Virus genome (UHGV): UHGV-1507218 | Source: a virus | Direction: 5' to 3' (one strand) | DNA: 35,190 nucleotides | In this document: positions 24,910 to 33,484 of the stretch, piece by piece | Numbering within the stretch: position 1 is the stretch's first letter | How the letters are laid out: each line of letters starts with the position of its first letter | Notes under the pieces: model-generated | What the model saw: the letters and a program-made list of their open reading frames with translations, nothing else | The model's database searches: none | Told to the model about the DNA's origin: nothing | Position numbers and translations under genes: made by a program

Positions 24910-25578
24910 TTACACCCTCTTGTTTTTCGCTGACTCGACGTAATAACGGGGATCCACGCTGTTAAGCGTGAAATGAACCACTGGCGTATCGTCATGGCGA
25001 GTGATGCCGACATAGTTCGAATTGAACATGCTGAATACACGATCCTGAATTTCTTTAATCGTTACCTGGCATTCTGGATAGTGTTTCTGTAGCTGGGCGA
25101 GAATGGTCTGATAAGAAAGAGTTTTACCTTTCATCACGGCAACCAGCTGCTGCGCGGTAACTTTCCCGGCGCCAGGTTGATCGTCGCTGGCAAGCAGTGG
25201 ACGAACGCTGTCGAGTACCAGGCGATGACGGCCAGCACCGCCGACACGCTGACCGGTCTTTTTGTCGAAATGCTCATTAGCGCCGGCAGACCAGACGGTG
25301 ACACCTTCGCTCAGGCGCACAGTTTTTTCGCCTTTGGAATAAATCACGGTACCGAGATGGGTTTTACGGCGACGGCCTGAAACTGCTGGCAGCGGCGCTT
25401 CGCGTTTGATTGGCTTTTGCGGAGTAATCCCCGGCACTGGTTCTGGTCGCGGTGCGGCAATAAATACAGAACGACTACGCGCACGGGCGCCGGCGTTCAT
25501 GCGCCATAAAATAACGGGAAGCCAGTTGCAGCCATCATCCGGATTAACTGGTTTTGGGTAATTTAAATTTGTGGTCAT
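24910..25578 (-). CDS. Hypothetical protein (222 aa) after the helicase gene, with early-type RBS ACCGAGGAAAGACCAATG
   Basis: ORF with the conserved RBS; no family assignment. Confidence 0.45.
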   Translation of the reverse strand: MTTNLNYPKPVNPDDGCNWLPVILWRMNAGARARSRSVFIAAPRPEPVPGITPQKPIKREAPLPAVSGRRRKTHLGTVIYSKGEKTVRLSEGVTVWSAGANEHFDKKTGQRVGGAGRHRLVLDSVRPLLASDDQPGAGKVTAQQLVAVMKGKTLSYQTILAQLQKHYPECQVTIKEIQDRVFSMFNSNYVGITRHDDTPVVHFTLNSVDPRYYVESAKNKRV

Positions 25579-25616
25579 TGGTCTTTCCTCGGTTATATCG
25601 CGCTGGTCAGGCGCGG

Positions 25617-27005
25617 TTAAAATGCATCAGTGTTGTATTTCTCTGAGTATTTACGCGGTTGTTTTCGTGGTTTTGCTGCCTCCAGTTGAATACGGGTTTT
25701 CTCTTTGCCGACATGCTGATCGACGTGAAGGAAATGGCCGTTTTTAAACTCCTGGTAGATAACCGCGCCGGCGGCACTGAATCGGCTTTTCCCCAGGATA
25801 ATTTCGGCGATGCCTGCTGCCGGGCTTTCCGGGTTGTAGACTTCATCGCGGTACAGAAACATGATGCTGTCGGCATCCTGCTCAATAGAACCTGAGTCAC
25901 GAAGGTCTGACATAACCGGGCGGCGCTGGCCTGCCTGGCGGGAGTCCACCGCGCGCGAAAGCTGACTGAGTGCAAACGTCGGCGTATGCAGGCGCATTGC
26001 CATAGTTTTAAGGTTTCGGGAAATGTGGGCGATCGCCAGGTCGTTACGCTCTGCCTTCGGCTTTTTAATCAGGCCGAGGTAATCAACAACGATCATCGCC
26101 AGATGCGGATAACGGCGCTTATGTGTCTCGGCAACGGCGCGGATTTGCTCAATCGTGAGATCGGTAGCGTCAACGATCCAGATATCGCGTCCGTTCATGG
26201 TCTCCATAGCCGCTGTAAAGCGCGCCCAGTCCTCGTCCTGCATATCGAGGGGATTACGCAGGCGTGACACCGACATGTTGCCAGAGCCCGCCAAAGAGCG
26301 TTCTACGATTTGCGCAGCGGCCATTTCCATACTGAATATCAGCGCCCCACCGCCGGCAGCGGTAACACCATCAACAATCTTCAGCGCAAACTCTGTTTTA
26401 CCCATGCCCGGGCGGCCAGCGACAACAATCAAATCCTGCAGGTTAATTCCGCCAGTGGCATCATCCAGTTCGTCAATGCCAGTCTTCAGGTTTCGGGTAC
26501 CGGCTTCGCCGTCCATGCGTTTCTGTACCGTCTCCATGTAGGTTGGCAGCAAATCGCTGATGTGAACCGGCTGCACGTCGCCAGTATCGCCGGTCATGTC
26601 CAGCAGCTGCGCCACTGCACTTTCGACAACCTGATCGCGTTGCTCCTGATTATTGGCCTGGCGGATACCGTCAGCGCCCTGCTGCAGTAATTCAGCCATA
26701 CGGCGACTGCGCCACGCCTTAACCATTTTCCCGGCGTAACCCTTCAGGTTCGGTACCGTAGCAGGCATGCGCGTAATTTCTGATAAATCAGCCAGGCTGC
26801 TACCGCCCAGCGCTTCACTGACAAACAACATGTCAATCAGGCCGTTCGCCAGCGCCTGTTTTTTAATTTCGGAGAACGCGCGACGGTGAAACCCGATGCT
26901 GAAAGACTCTTCAGGCGTTGAGGCGATCACGTCGAATGCGTCCGGGCTTGCGCCGCCGTTCAGCAGTCCGGCCAGCACACAAGCTTCCAGTTCCTGCGGA
27001 GTCAT
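25617..27005 (-). CDS. dnaB: Replicative DNA helicase, DnaB family
   Basis: Walker A GRPGMGKTEFAL, DnaB C-terminal domain motifs, N-terminal domain. Confidence 0.85.
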   Translation of the reverse strand: MTPQELEACVLAGLLNGGASPDAFDVIASTPEESFSIGFHRRAFSEIKKQALANGLIDMLFVSEALGGSSLADLSEITRMPATVPNLKGYAGKMVKAWRSRRMAELLQQGADGIRQANNQEQRDQVVESAVAQLLDMTGDTGDVQPVHISDLLPTYMETVQKRMDGEAGTRNLKTGIDELDDATGGINLQDLIVVAGRPGMGKTEFALKIVDGVTAAGGGALIFSMEMAAAQIVERSLAGSGNMSVSRLRNPLDMQDEDWARFTAAMETMNGRDIWIVDATDLTIEQIRAVAETHKRRYPHLAMIVVDYLGLIKKPKAERNDLAIAHISRNLKTMAMRLHTPTFALSQLSRAVDSRQAGQRRPVMSDLRDSGSIEQDADSIMFLYRDEVYNPESPAAGIAEIILGKSRFSAAGAVIYQEFKNGHFLHVDQHVGKEKTRIQLEAAKPRKQPRKYSEKYNTDAF

Positions 27006-27994
27006 AGCGAACCTTCCCGGGTTTTACGTAACGTTTCAGGTTTCATCAGGTAGTCAAAGCTGGCGCGCCATCCTCCGCTGAGGCCGAAATAAAAATCTGA
27101 CGCATCAGCACGGAATTTTTCGAAGTAGCCCAGGAATGCGCCCGTAGTTTTGTTTTTCATGTGGGCGGCCAGTCTGGTAATCATCCGGCGGCGATCATCA
27201 TCCAGCTCTGCCGCCGGCAACGTATCAGCAAAAATTTCGTTGTAGCCGCTCATGACGGCTTCCGGGTCGATCTCAGCTTCCAACACGGCCCAAGCCTCGG
27301 CGTCAGCGAGATAGCCATCGAACCGTTTAACTCGGCAGATGTTCGCCGGCTTTGGTAACCCATCGCCACGGCGGCGCCATGTGGCTAATACCCAGCGAAT
27401 CACCAATTGGATTTCTGCCAGGGTGTACCCGTCTCGGGTAGTGGTGGGCGTCAGCATCATCACAAACGGATTAAGGTCACGGCAACGGGTACCGGTTTTC
27501 TCGTTGTAAAACTCAAGCGCTTTTTGAGCATCAGAAAAAATACGCTCGCCGTTTTCCCCCGTTTGGGGGTTAGGGGGATCTATATTCTCTGTAGTATTCT
27601 CTGTAAGAAAGTTTGCTGGTTTTCCACTTACTTGCTTGCTGGTTTTCCGCATTCCAGTATGTGGTTTTTCCGCATCCTTGTTTGCGGCTACAAGCGCTTG
27701 AAATAAAACATCATTATCAATCTTGTAGAAAAGACGAGCAGGTACACCTTTCTTTTTTTCCAGCAGTACACCAATTGAGCGAAGTTTCTTACGCGCCCCC
27801 TCCTGCTCGTAACGGGAAAGCCCTGTTTCTTCCTCCCATTCTTCCTGGGTTTTATATACCCATCCGTCATCGTCGGATCGGTTAGTCCAGTAAGTCATTT
27901 GAGACAGGAACAGTGCAGCCGTCACACCAATATTCAGACGAATGAAACTACGCTGGAAGGCGATCGGTCTGTCGAGTAATGGCAAAATATTCAT
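27002..27994 (-). CDS. Replication initiator / replisome organiser (lambda O-like) with internal origin iterons
   Basis: Position upstream of the helicase with overlap, a low-complexity linker, and iterons inside the gene as in lambda O. Confidence 0.6.
   Translation of the reverse strand: MNILPLLDRPIAFQRSFIRLNIGVTAALFLSQMTYWTNRSDDDGWVYKTQEEWEEETGLSRYEQEGARKKLRSIGVLLEKKKGVPARLFYKIDNDVLFQALVAANKDAEKPHTGMRKTSKQVSGKPANFLTENTTENIDPPNPQTGENGERIFSDAQKALEFYNEKTGTRCRDLNPFVMMLTPTTTRDGYTLAEIQLVIRWVLATWRRRGDGLPKPANICRVKRFDGYLADAEAWAVLEAEIDPEAVMSGYNEIFADTLPAAELDDDRRRMITRLAAHMKNKTTGAFLGYFEKFRADASDFYFGLSGGWRASFDYLMKPETLRKTREGSL
27583..27675. repeat. Putative origin of replication iterons: TATTCTCTGTA x2 and CTGGTTTTCC(G/A)CAT x3
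   Basis: Direct repeats at 27583-27593 and 27595-27605, then 27616-27625, 27639-27652 and 27662-27675, flanked by a CCCCC-GTTT-GGGGG palindrome. Confidence 0.55.
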
Positions 27995-27996
27995 CG

Positions 27997-28218
27997 TCAG
28001 ATCCCCAGCGAGTCAGCCAACTGACGGCAGGCGATTTCGTATTCTTTCTGAGTGAGCCCCGCTTCCTGCAAATCTGCCTTGCGTAGTTCGTAGCGTTCCC
28101 AGATGGTCAGCGCAGCTGTGCGACGTTCTTCGAAAATCGATTCGATATCTTCCATCGGGACTTGTACCCCGTTCCGGCGAAACCCGTTCCGCCAGGTGAT
28201 GCGGTCTTGTGTTCTCAT
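27997..28218 (-). CDS. Hypothetical small protein (early-type RBS ACCGAGGAAAGACCAATG)
   Basis: ORF with the conserved RBS between ydaT-like and the O-like gene. Confidence 0.4.
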   Translation of the reverse strand: MRTQDRITWRNGFRRNGVQVPMEDIESIFEERRTAALTIWERYELRKADLQEAGLTQKEYEIACRQLADSLGI

Positions 28219-28238
28219 TGGTCTTTCCTCGGTACAGG

Positions 28239-28685
28239 TTAAACGCTGGTCAGGCGCTGTGTTTCTCGCATCGCTTGCAATGCCTTCGCTACTTGCTGCG
28301 GGCCGTCTCTGGCCTCGAGCAATAACGCGATAATGGCCGCCGCAAATTCGCGTATGGCCACGCAGATCAAATACTGGGTGGACATGTCCAGGCGCGCGTA
28401 GCGTTCTGCCGGCAGTGCCGCTTCCATCGCTTTAGCCAGCGTCTGGGTTTTAGTTCTGGCCGCTTTCGTCTCACCACGCAGCCAGCGAAAAATCTGTTGG
28501 CGGTTGTTGTTGATGGCCCGCCAGTCTGCATTTCCGTCTGCATCTTCAATCTGGTGCAGCTTCAGCACGCCAGTGTTACCACAGAGACGAAACCACATAC
28601 GGCTTATCTCGATAGCAACCAGCTCCTGCCCGCTTTCAGCTGCCCAGCTAAATATCTCTCGTTTCAGTTCCTCGAGGTTCTCCAC
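28239..28685 (-). CDS. ydaT: YdaT-like protein (Rac prophage toxin-like / CII-like regulator family)
   Basis: QQIFRWLRGETK matches the YdaT signature RWLKGET; position after the cro-like gene as in Rac. Confidence 0.55.
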   Translation of the reverse strand: MENLEELKREIFSWAAESGQELVAIEISRMWFRLCGNTGVLKLHQIEDADGNADWRAINNNRQQIFRWLRGETKAARTKTQTLAKAMEAALPAERYARLDMSTQYLICVAIREFAAAIIALLLEARDGPQQVAKALQAMRETQRLTSV

Positions 28686-28745
28686 TTCGCGTCTCCTGTC
28701 GCTGAAAATTGATTAAGCGTAATCAGATTTAGATCACGCGGATTG

Positions 28746-28979
28746 TTAAGCTGCATCCTGTTCTGGTAACCCATCAGTGGGTTTCCGGTAAATGTTTGGG
28801 AGCAAATCGTGCGGGGTGACTTGGTATCCAGTTGCTGCAGCCCACTTCAACGCAGTTGCAGCACCGAGCAAACATTTACCAGTCGAGACGCGGCTTACAT
28901 AACCCTGAGACTCGCCGACAAGTTGAGCAAAGTCCTGTTGCCGTACGCCCGAGGTTTTTAGATAGGTTTTGAGATCCAT
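28746..28979 (-). CDS. Cro/YdaS-like XRE-family HTH regulator
   Basis: QQDFAQLVGESQGYVSRV HTH, divergent from the repressor, AGGAGG RBS. Confidence 0.7.
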   Translation of the reverse strand: MDLKTYLKTSGVRQQDFAQLVGESQGYVSRVSTGKCLLGAATALKWAAATGYQVTPHDLLPNIYRKPTDGLPEQDAA

Positions 28980-29079
28980 TTAGCCTCCTGAATGTTTATG
29001 TGACACATGAATATTAGTATTGCGAATACAAAAGTGTCAATAGTTACACGATTGGGAGGAAATTAATTTTACGAATATT
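28980..29079. promoter_or_regulatory. Divergent repressor/cro control region with three palindromic operator candidates
   Basis: ATGTGACACAT (28997-29007), GTATTGCGAATAC (29017-29029), GTGTCAATAGTTACAC (29033-29048). Confidence 0.5.
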
Positions 29080-29544
29080 ATGTGCGCCATGAGAAAGAAA
29101 ACGCTTGATGCAGCTGAGGCTGACGCAGCACAAAGGCTGCGAGAAATATGGAACGAGAAAAAAGTAACTTTACGTCTTACTCAAGAAAAGGCGGCGGATG
29201 CTCTCGGCTTTAGTACACAAGCGACAATAAGCCAGTACCTAAACGGCAGCATCCCACTAAATACGGATGCAACACTTAAATTTTCAGCCCTTCTTGGTGT
29301 TAAGCCAGAAGATATACGGCCGGATCTTGCCGAACTGATGAACTTCATTCGTAAAACCGACAGCCACGTTCAAGATTATTCCGCTGCTGGTTGGCGTTTA
29401 CTAAAACCAGAAGAGTCGGAGCTAATAGAACTTTATGAAAGATTACCGCAAAGTGAAAAAGAAAGGCATCTATCTGAATTAAAAGAGAAAGTAAGTGGAT
29501 TTGATCGCCTTTTTGAAGAACTTTTAGCGACCCGTAAGCAGTAA
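29080..29544 (+). CDS. racR: Prophage repressor, RacR-like (HTH only, no S24 peptidase domain)
   Basis: N-terminal XRE HTH LTQEKAADALGFSTQATISQYLNG similar to lambda cI / P22 C2 DNA-binding domains; only 154 aa, with no Ala-Gly cleavage site and no Ser/Lys peptidase domain. Confidence 0.65.
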   Translation: MCAMRKKTLDAAEADAAQRLREIWNEKKVTLRLTQEKAADALGFSTQATISQYLNGSIPLNTDATLKFSALLGVKPEDIRPDLAELMNFIRKTDSHVQDYSAAGWRLLKPEESELIELYERLPQSEKERHLSELKEKVSGFDRLFEELLATRKQ

Positions 29545-29560
29545 ACCCTACCTCCCAACT

Positions 29561-29586
29561 AATCCCGCATAGCCGGGATTTTTTTA
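29561..29586 (+). terminator. Rho-independent terminator after the repressor gene
   Basis: ATCCCG catagc CGGGAT followed by TTTTTTT. Confidence 0.6.
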
Positions 29587-29639
29587 TCCTTTTTAATCAA
29601 CACCATACAAAAAATATTCGCAATACGATTATTTTTGGC

Positions 29640-29668
29640 TTGACCTTAAATATACGCATAACTAATAT
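29640..29668 (+). promoter_or_regulatory. Early-left sigma70 promoter TTGACC-17-TAATAT
   Basis: Near-consensus hexamers with a 17-nt spacer. Confidence 0.6.
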
Positions 29669-29818
29669 CACCAACATCAACGACGCACTAACCACGCGGC
29701 AGTTGTTCAGAAACAGTTCTGACAGTCCGGAAAGACGGGCAAGAATTCTTCGGGTCGCCGACAGTACGATGACATGCGGGAAAGACCGCAACGAATGCGA
29801 ATTGCTGTGTGTAGTCTT

Positions 29819-29846
29819 GGCCCCGGCGCCCGGGGCATTTTTTTCA
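29819..29846 (+). terminator. Rho-independent terminator / attenuator inside the early-left leader
   Basis: GCCCCGG cgc CCGGGGC followed by ATTTTTTT. Confidence 0.6.
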
Positions 29847-29885
29847 CATAGTAGCGATTTATGCGACCCTTCAGTGAAAACTGAA

Positions 29886-29903
29886 GCCCTCGAAAAGAGG
29901 GGC
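29886..29903 (+). promoter_or_regulatory. boxB-like RNA hairpin (5-bp stem, GAAAA pentaloop)
   Basis: CCCTC GAAAA GAGGG compared with lambda boxB GCCCU GAAAA AGGGC. Confidence 0.35.
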
Positions 29904-30109
29904 CCCGTGAGGAAAGACCGTAGAGCCTGACCAGCTCTGACACCGGGAAAGACCGGGAGGAAAGACCAACGGGATTGACCACCCTGACAGCCGGGAAAGA
30001 CCGGCAACCTTTAGATAGCAAAAGGCCCGCACAAGGCGGGCCAGTTACCCCGAACGGTGACCAAACCATTCGGATTTTTGCCGGGAACCACCCCGGCTAG
30101 GAAAGACCA

Positions 30110-30133
30110 ATGCAGGCCAGAGCCACACACTGA
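30110..30133 (+). CDS. 7-codon upstream ORF (MQARATH) on the conserved RBS motif
   Basis: TAGGAAAGACCAATG then six codons and TGA, 34 nt upstream of the first early-left gene. Confidence 0.3.
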   Translation: MQARATH

Positions 30134-30166
30134 TCGGCTCTGAGTATACAACACTAAGGAGCCGCT

Positions 30167-30490
30167 ATGGAAGCGCTTACCATCCCCGTAACTATCTACG
30201 TTATGGCAACAACCAATCCATATCTACCAACGTCTTATCACTCATTCACCTGTGACATGTCACAGAAATATCCTGATTCGTACGTGCTTGTTACTACCAA
30301 AACGGTAGAGATTGCCATTCCTGCTTTAGAGCCTATCGATATTATCGGGATGCAGGTTAATGCCCTTCGCGCGAAGAAAGAGCAAATATCTGCTGATGCC
30401 AACAAACAGTTAAGCGTTATTGAAGACCAGATCCAGCAGCTGCTGTGCATCGACCACTCTCCGATTGAAGAAAGCGACGTCCCTTTTTGA
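30167..30490 (+). CDS. Hypothetical protein, first gene of the early-left operon
   Basis: AAGGAG RBS, 107 aa, no family assignment. Confidence 0.45.
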   Translation: MEALTIPVTIYVMATTNPYLPTSYHSFTCDMSQKYPDSYVLVTTKTVEIAIPALEPIDIIGMQVNALRAKKEQISADANKQLSVIEDQIQQLLCIDHSPIEESDVPF

Positions 30491-30497
30491 GGTTCCT

Positions 30498-30743
30498 ATG
30501 ACAAATAACTCATTCATCGAAAAAATAATCGATGCTGGCTTATCAGTAATTGAGCACGAAAATAATAGCGACTTTGGTTCAGGGACTATGCATATCACCA
30601 TCATCGGCGGTGTTCGTCGTGTCGAGTTCTACCCTACTACTGGCACCGTTTACGCCAATGCTGAAAAGGGAAAATTTCCGGCGTTCAAGCAGAAAAAAGC
30701 CGGGATTAAAGTTGCTATCCGTTTAGCCAAATCCGGCGCGTGA
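30498..30743 (+). CDS. Hypothetical protein (81 aa)
   Basis: GAGG RBS before ATG at 30498; the longer frame in the ORF track overlaps the previous gene. Confidence 0.4.
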   Translation: MTNNSFIEKIIDAGLSVIEHENNSDFGSGTMHITIIGGVRRVEFYPTTGTVYANAEKGKFPAFKQKKAGIKVAIRLAKSGA

Positions 30744-30773
30744 CCTGCGCCTGCAACCAAGAGGAAAGACCAA

Positions 30774-32917
30774 TGACCATCTACAACGGCTTATTCGAGC
30801 CAAAAAAATCGGCTATCAAAGACTGCGGCGCCGTGCAGCTGGCGATCGCCGTCGAAGCACCAAACAAGAAAATCGCCGAAAGCATTATCACCGGCAAACT
30901 CTGGGAATCTTACCCGGCGAACGGTGACAACTATTTTAAACCGAAGCTATGGGAACACGAAGAAGGCCAGCCGCTGCCGACCGTTGGCCAGTTCGACGAG
31001 CTATTCGCCCAGCAACATACTTTCGACGGTGAAAAATGGGTTTCCATTGCCGCGAACGGCACCGCCGGTGAGGAATCAAATTTACCCGCTGACGATGATG
31101 TTATCGATCTGATGACTGTTTCCCCAGGCGAACGCTTTGCAGCCGTTCTGCTGTTTAGCACCGCTCAGATTGATGGCCATATCTATTCTCAGGTTGTGGA
31201 TTATCTGGATAACCTGAATAACCGTGATACCGAACTGGAAGAAGAAGATCGTTTTAACCTTAACGTTCTGTGTGCTCTGCACAATAACGAACCAGTCAAG
31301 CACATGCATGTTGAAGGTCTGAATAATCTTATTCAGGGGATTTTCTACCATTTTGAAAACCAGACTCCGGGCAAAGCGGCTATTTCTCAATTTGTAAAAC
31401 GCTGGCTTGAGAATCCCGGTAAACGTGAAGAAATGGTACCAGGCCAAAATTCCTCACTCGGCGCCGCCAGCACTGATACCAACGTAAAAATCGCGCCAAA
31501 ACGTGGTTATAAACATACCTATGCAACACTGGATCAGGAGATCGCTGTCGCCCTACTCCCTATTTCTCCCGACGCGCCAGTATTATCAGGCAACCTTCGC
31601 GATGCTGAGAAAATCATTGCAGACGAGCGCGAAGATTTTAAACGTTGGTCAATGGCGCTTCGCACCACGGAGCACATTCTCAAATATGACCGAGACAGTA
31701 TTTTTGGCGTAGTGCAGAACGTACCGGCAAAAGATACCTACCATTTCCCTGACAGCCTACGCCGCCACATTGATTCATGGCTCGAAGCAAATGGCCGCTT
31801 TGAAGAAACAGAGACAGGATCCGTTAAACAACCAGAGGCAACGCAAAATACCGCCTCAAACGTGGTCGAAAAAGCGGAAGTACCACAGCCGGTGGTAACC
31901 GATACCCAGGCCAAACAGGCGCGTGAGACGCTCAACGATATGGGCTATGGCGTATATGCCTCTGGTGATGCAGAACAGCCAGTAGAGAAGTTAAGCACTA
32001 AAGCGGAAACAATAGCTGATAACGCCGAGGTGCTGGCAAAGCAAATTATTCATGCTGAAAGACTGCCTGACGCTGAAGAAGTAATGAAGTCTGCCGGCGC
32101 GCAGAGTATCGGACAGGATAATTTAGAACTGTGGAAACGTGTATTCAAAACTGATGAACGGTTTACTAAAGCCTTTACGCAGAACGGCGGCGGTACCTCG
32201 ATCAACGGTACCTATTTAACCATGCTTGCCACTCGCGAGTTTGGGCCAAAGGGAATCGGCTGGGGTGTGGACATCCTCGAGGAACGTTTCGATATCGGCG
32301 CCCCCATTACACGCCAGGTGAAAGGGAAAGATAACAATGCGTCATGGGAGTTAGTGCTCGACGGGAATGGAAATACCGTCAACGAGCAGCATCACGTCGT
32401 TACCGTGCGACTCTGGTACATCCTGAATGGTGTGCGCGGCGAGGAAACGGCCTACGGTTGCACGCCATACATTTACGGCAGTAAGTACGGTATTACCTGC
32501 GATGGTGAGGCAACAAAAAAATCGCTGACTGATGCAACCAAAAAGGCTTTATCTGGCCTCGGCTTCAGTGGCGATATCTTCATGGGCCTTTACGACAATC
32601 TGGAATACCGCCAGAAAAACAAGGCAGAGTTTGATCTGAAGAATGCCAGCGAAACCGCAGAGGACGCTGCACGTCTTCGCCAGGAGTTTGACGACAAACT
32701 TAGCCGTGTTGCTAACACCCTGGCACATGGCGTGACAGTGAACGAAATAAACGGCGTGTTCTCCCCTATCGCACGTGAAATCGATGTTCACATTAAGGCC
32801 GCACAGGCCAACGGTGACGCACAACATGAACGCTATCTGTCTGGCCGCTTGCGCCGACTCATAACGATTAAAGACGGACGCATCAAAGAACTGAATAAAG
32901 CCGAGGAGAAAGCATAA
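30774..32917 (+). CDS. Large fusion protein with a C-terminal Rad52/Sak-family single-strand annealing domain
   Basis: The C-terminal region (YLTMLATREFGPKGIGWGVDI; VTVRLWYILNGVRGEETAYGCT; ATKKALSGLGFSGDIFMG) matches the Rad52 N-terminal-domain motifs ([56 protein letters not shown]). Start at MTIYNG on the GAGGAAAGACCAATG RBS. Confidence 0.6.
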
Positions 32918-33483
32918 TGACTTCCACAACTGCAATTGCTATCGCTGCTGATATGTCTAAACTCCAGGCGCTTCTGGAAAACGAAGACGGTTCTGGTCTG
33001 TCAGCTGAAATGATCGCCGATACAATGGAGGGGCTCGAGCTGCAGCTCGGCGACAAACTGGACGCGGTATTCGTCCACGTTCGCAACCTTGAAGGCCTAG
33101 CGAAAACCTGCGACGAAGAAGCCAAACGCCTGGCCGCCCGTAAAAAGTCTTTCGAAGGTAAGATCACCAACCTGAAGAAATATGTTCTCCAGTGCCTTCT
33201 GGCCGCCGGACAGGATACCGTAAAAACGGCAAAAAACACCTTCACCGCCCGTAAAGGTGCAATCAACGTGGTGATCGATAACGTTGATTTACTCCCGGAT
33301 GAATTGGTGACCGTTCAGACAGTAGTTGCGCCTGACAAAAAGGCAATCAAAGAGGCTATCGAGTCAGCAGAAGCGGCCGCAGCTCAGATTACCGCAGATG
33401 GTGGGGAAGTCCCGGAAGAACTCTTAAACCCGGTTCCGGGCGCCCATATTGAAATCGGCGAACGTTCACTGCAGGTACGCTGA
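32917..33483 (+). CDS. Mu Gam-like host-nuclease inhibitor family protein
   Basis: KKYVLQCLLAAGQDTVKTAKNTFTARKGAINVVIDNVDLLPDE parallels the Mu Gam core (VQGWCEANRDELTNGGKVKTANLVTGDVSWRVRPPSVSI). Confidence 0.55.
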   Translation: MTSTTAIAIAADMSKLQALLENEDGSGLSAEMIADTMEGLELQLGDKLDAVFVHVRNLEGLAKTCDEEAKRLAARKKSFEGKITNLKKYVLQCLLAAGQDTVKTAKNTFTARKGAINVVIDNVDLLPDELVTVQTVVAPDKKAIKEAIESAEAAAAQITADGGEVPEELLNPVPGAHIEIGERSLQVR

Positions 33484-33484
33484 T

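Larger units (their letters stand above)
29729..30108 (+). repeat. Cluster of GGAAAGACC elements in the early-left leader (7 copies; three as SSGG-GAAAGA-CCSS mini-hairpins)
   Basis: Copies start at 29729 (variant GACG), 29779, 29911, 29946, 29959, 29994 and 30100. A roughly 30-nt unit TGACCANCYCTGACASCCGGGAAAGACCGG occurs twice (29926-29955 and 29976-30005). Confidence 0.7.

Noticed and set aside
25607-25975. 122-aa minus-strand ORF overlapping the 3' part of the DnaB gene
   Set aside because: It lies in an alternative frame entirely inside a strongly supported helicase gene.
29597-30069. ORFs in the early-left leader (29640-29930 +, 29597-30007 -, 29707-30069 -)
   Set aside because: They span the leader's intrinsic terminator and the repeat cluster and start at the promoter hexamer itself. 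Their products are repeat-derived low-complexity sequence (the GGAAAGACC repeats translate to repeated GKDR/ERP units).
29729-30108. Possibility that the GGAAAGACC repeats form a CRISPR array or a ToxI-like type III antitoxin
   Set aside because: Spacing is irregular (13-132 nt) with no uniform spacer-repeat periodicity. No cas or toxN-like gene is adjacent.
30420-30743. 107-aa version of the second early-left ORF
   Set aside because: The long form overlaps the preceding gene by 70 nt. An internal ATG at 30498 with a GAGG RBS gives a non-overlapping 81-aa product.
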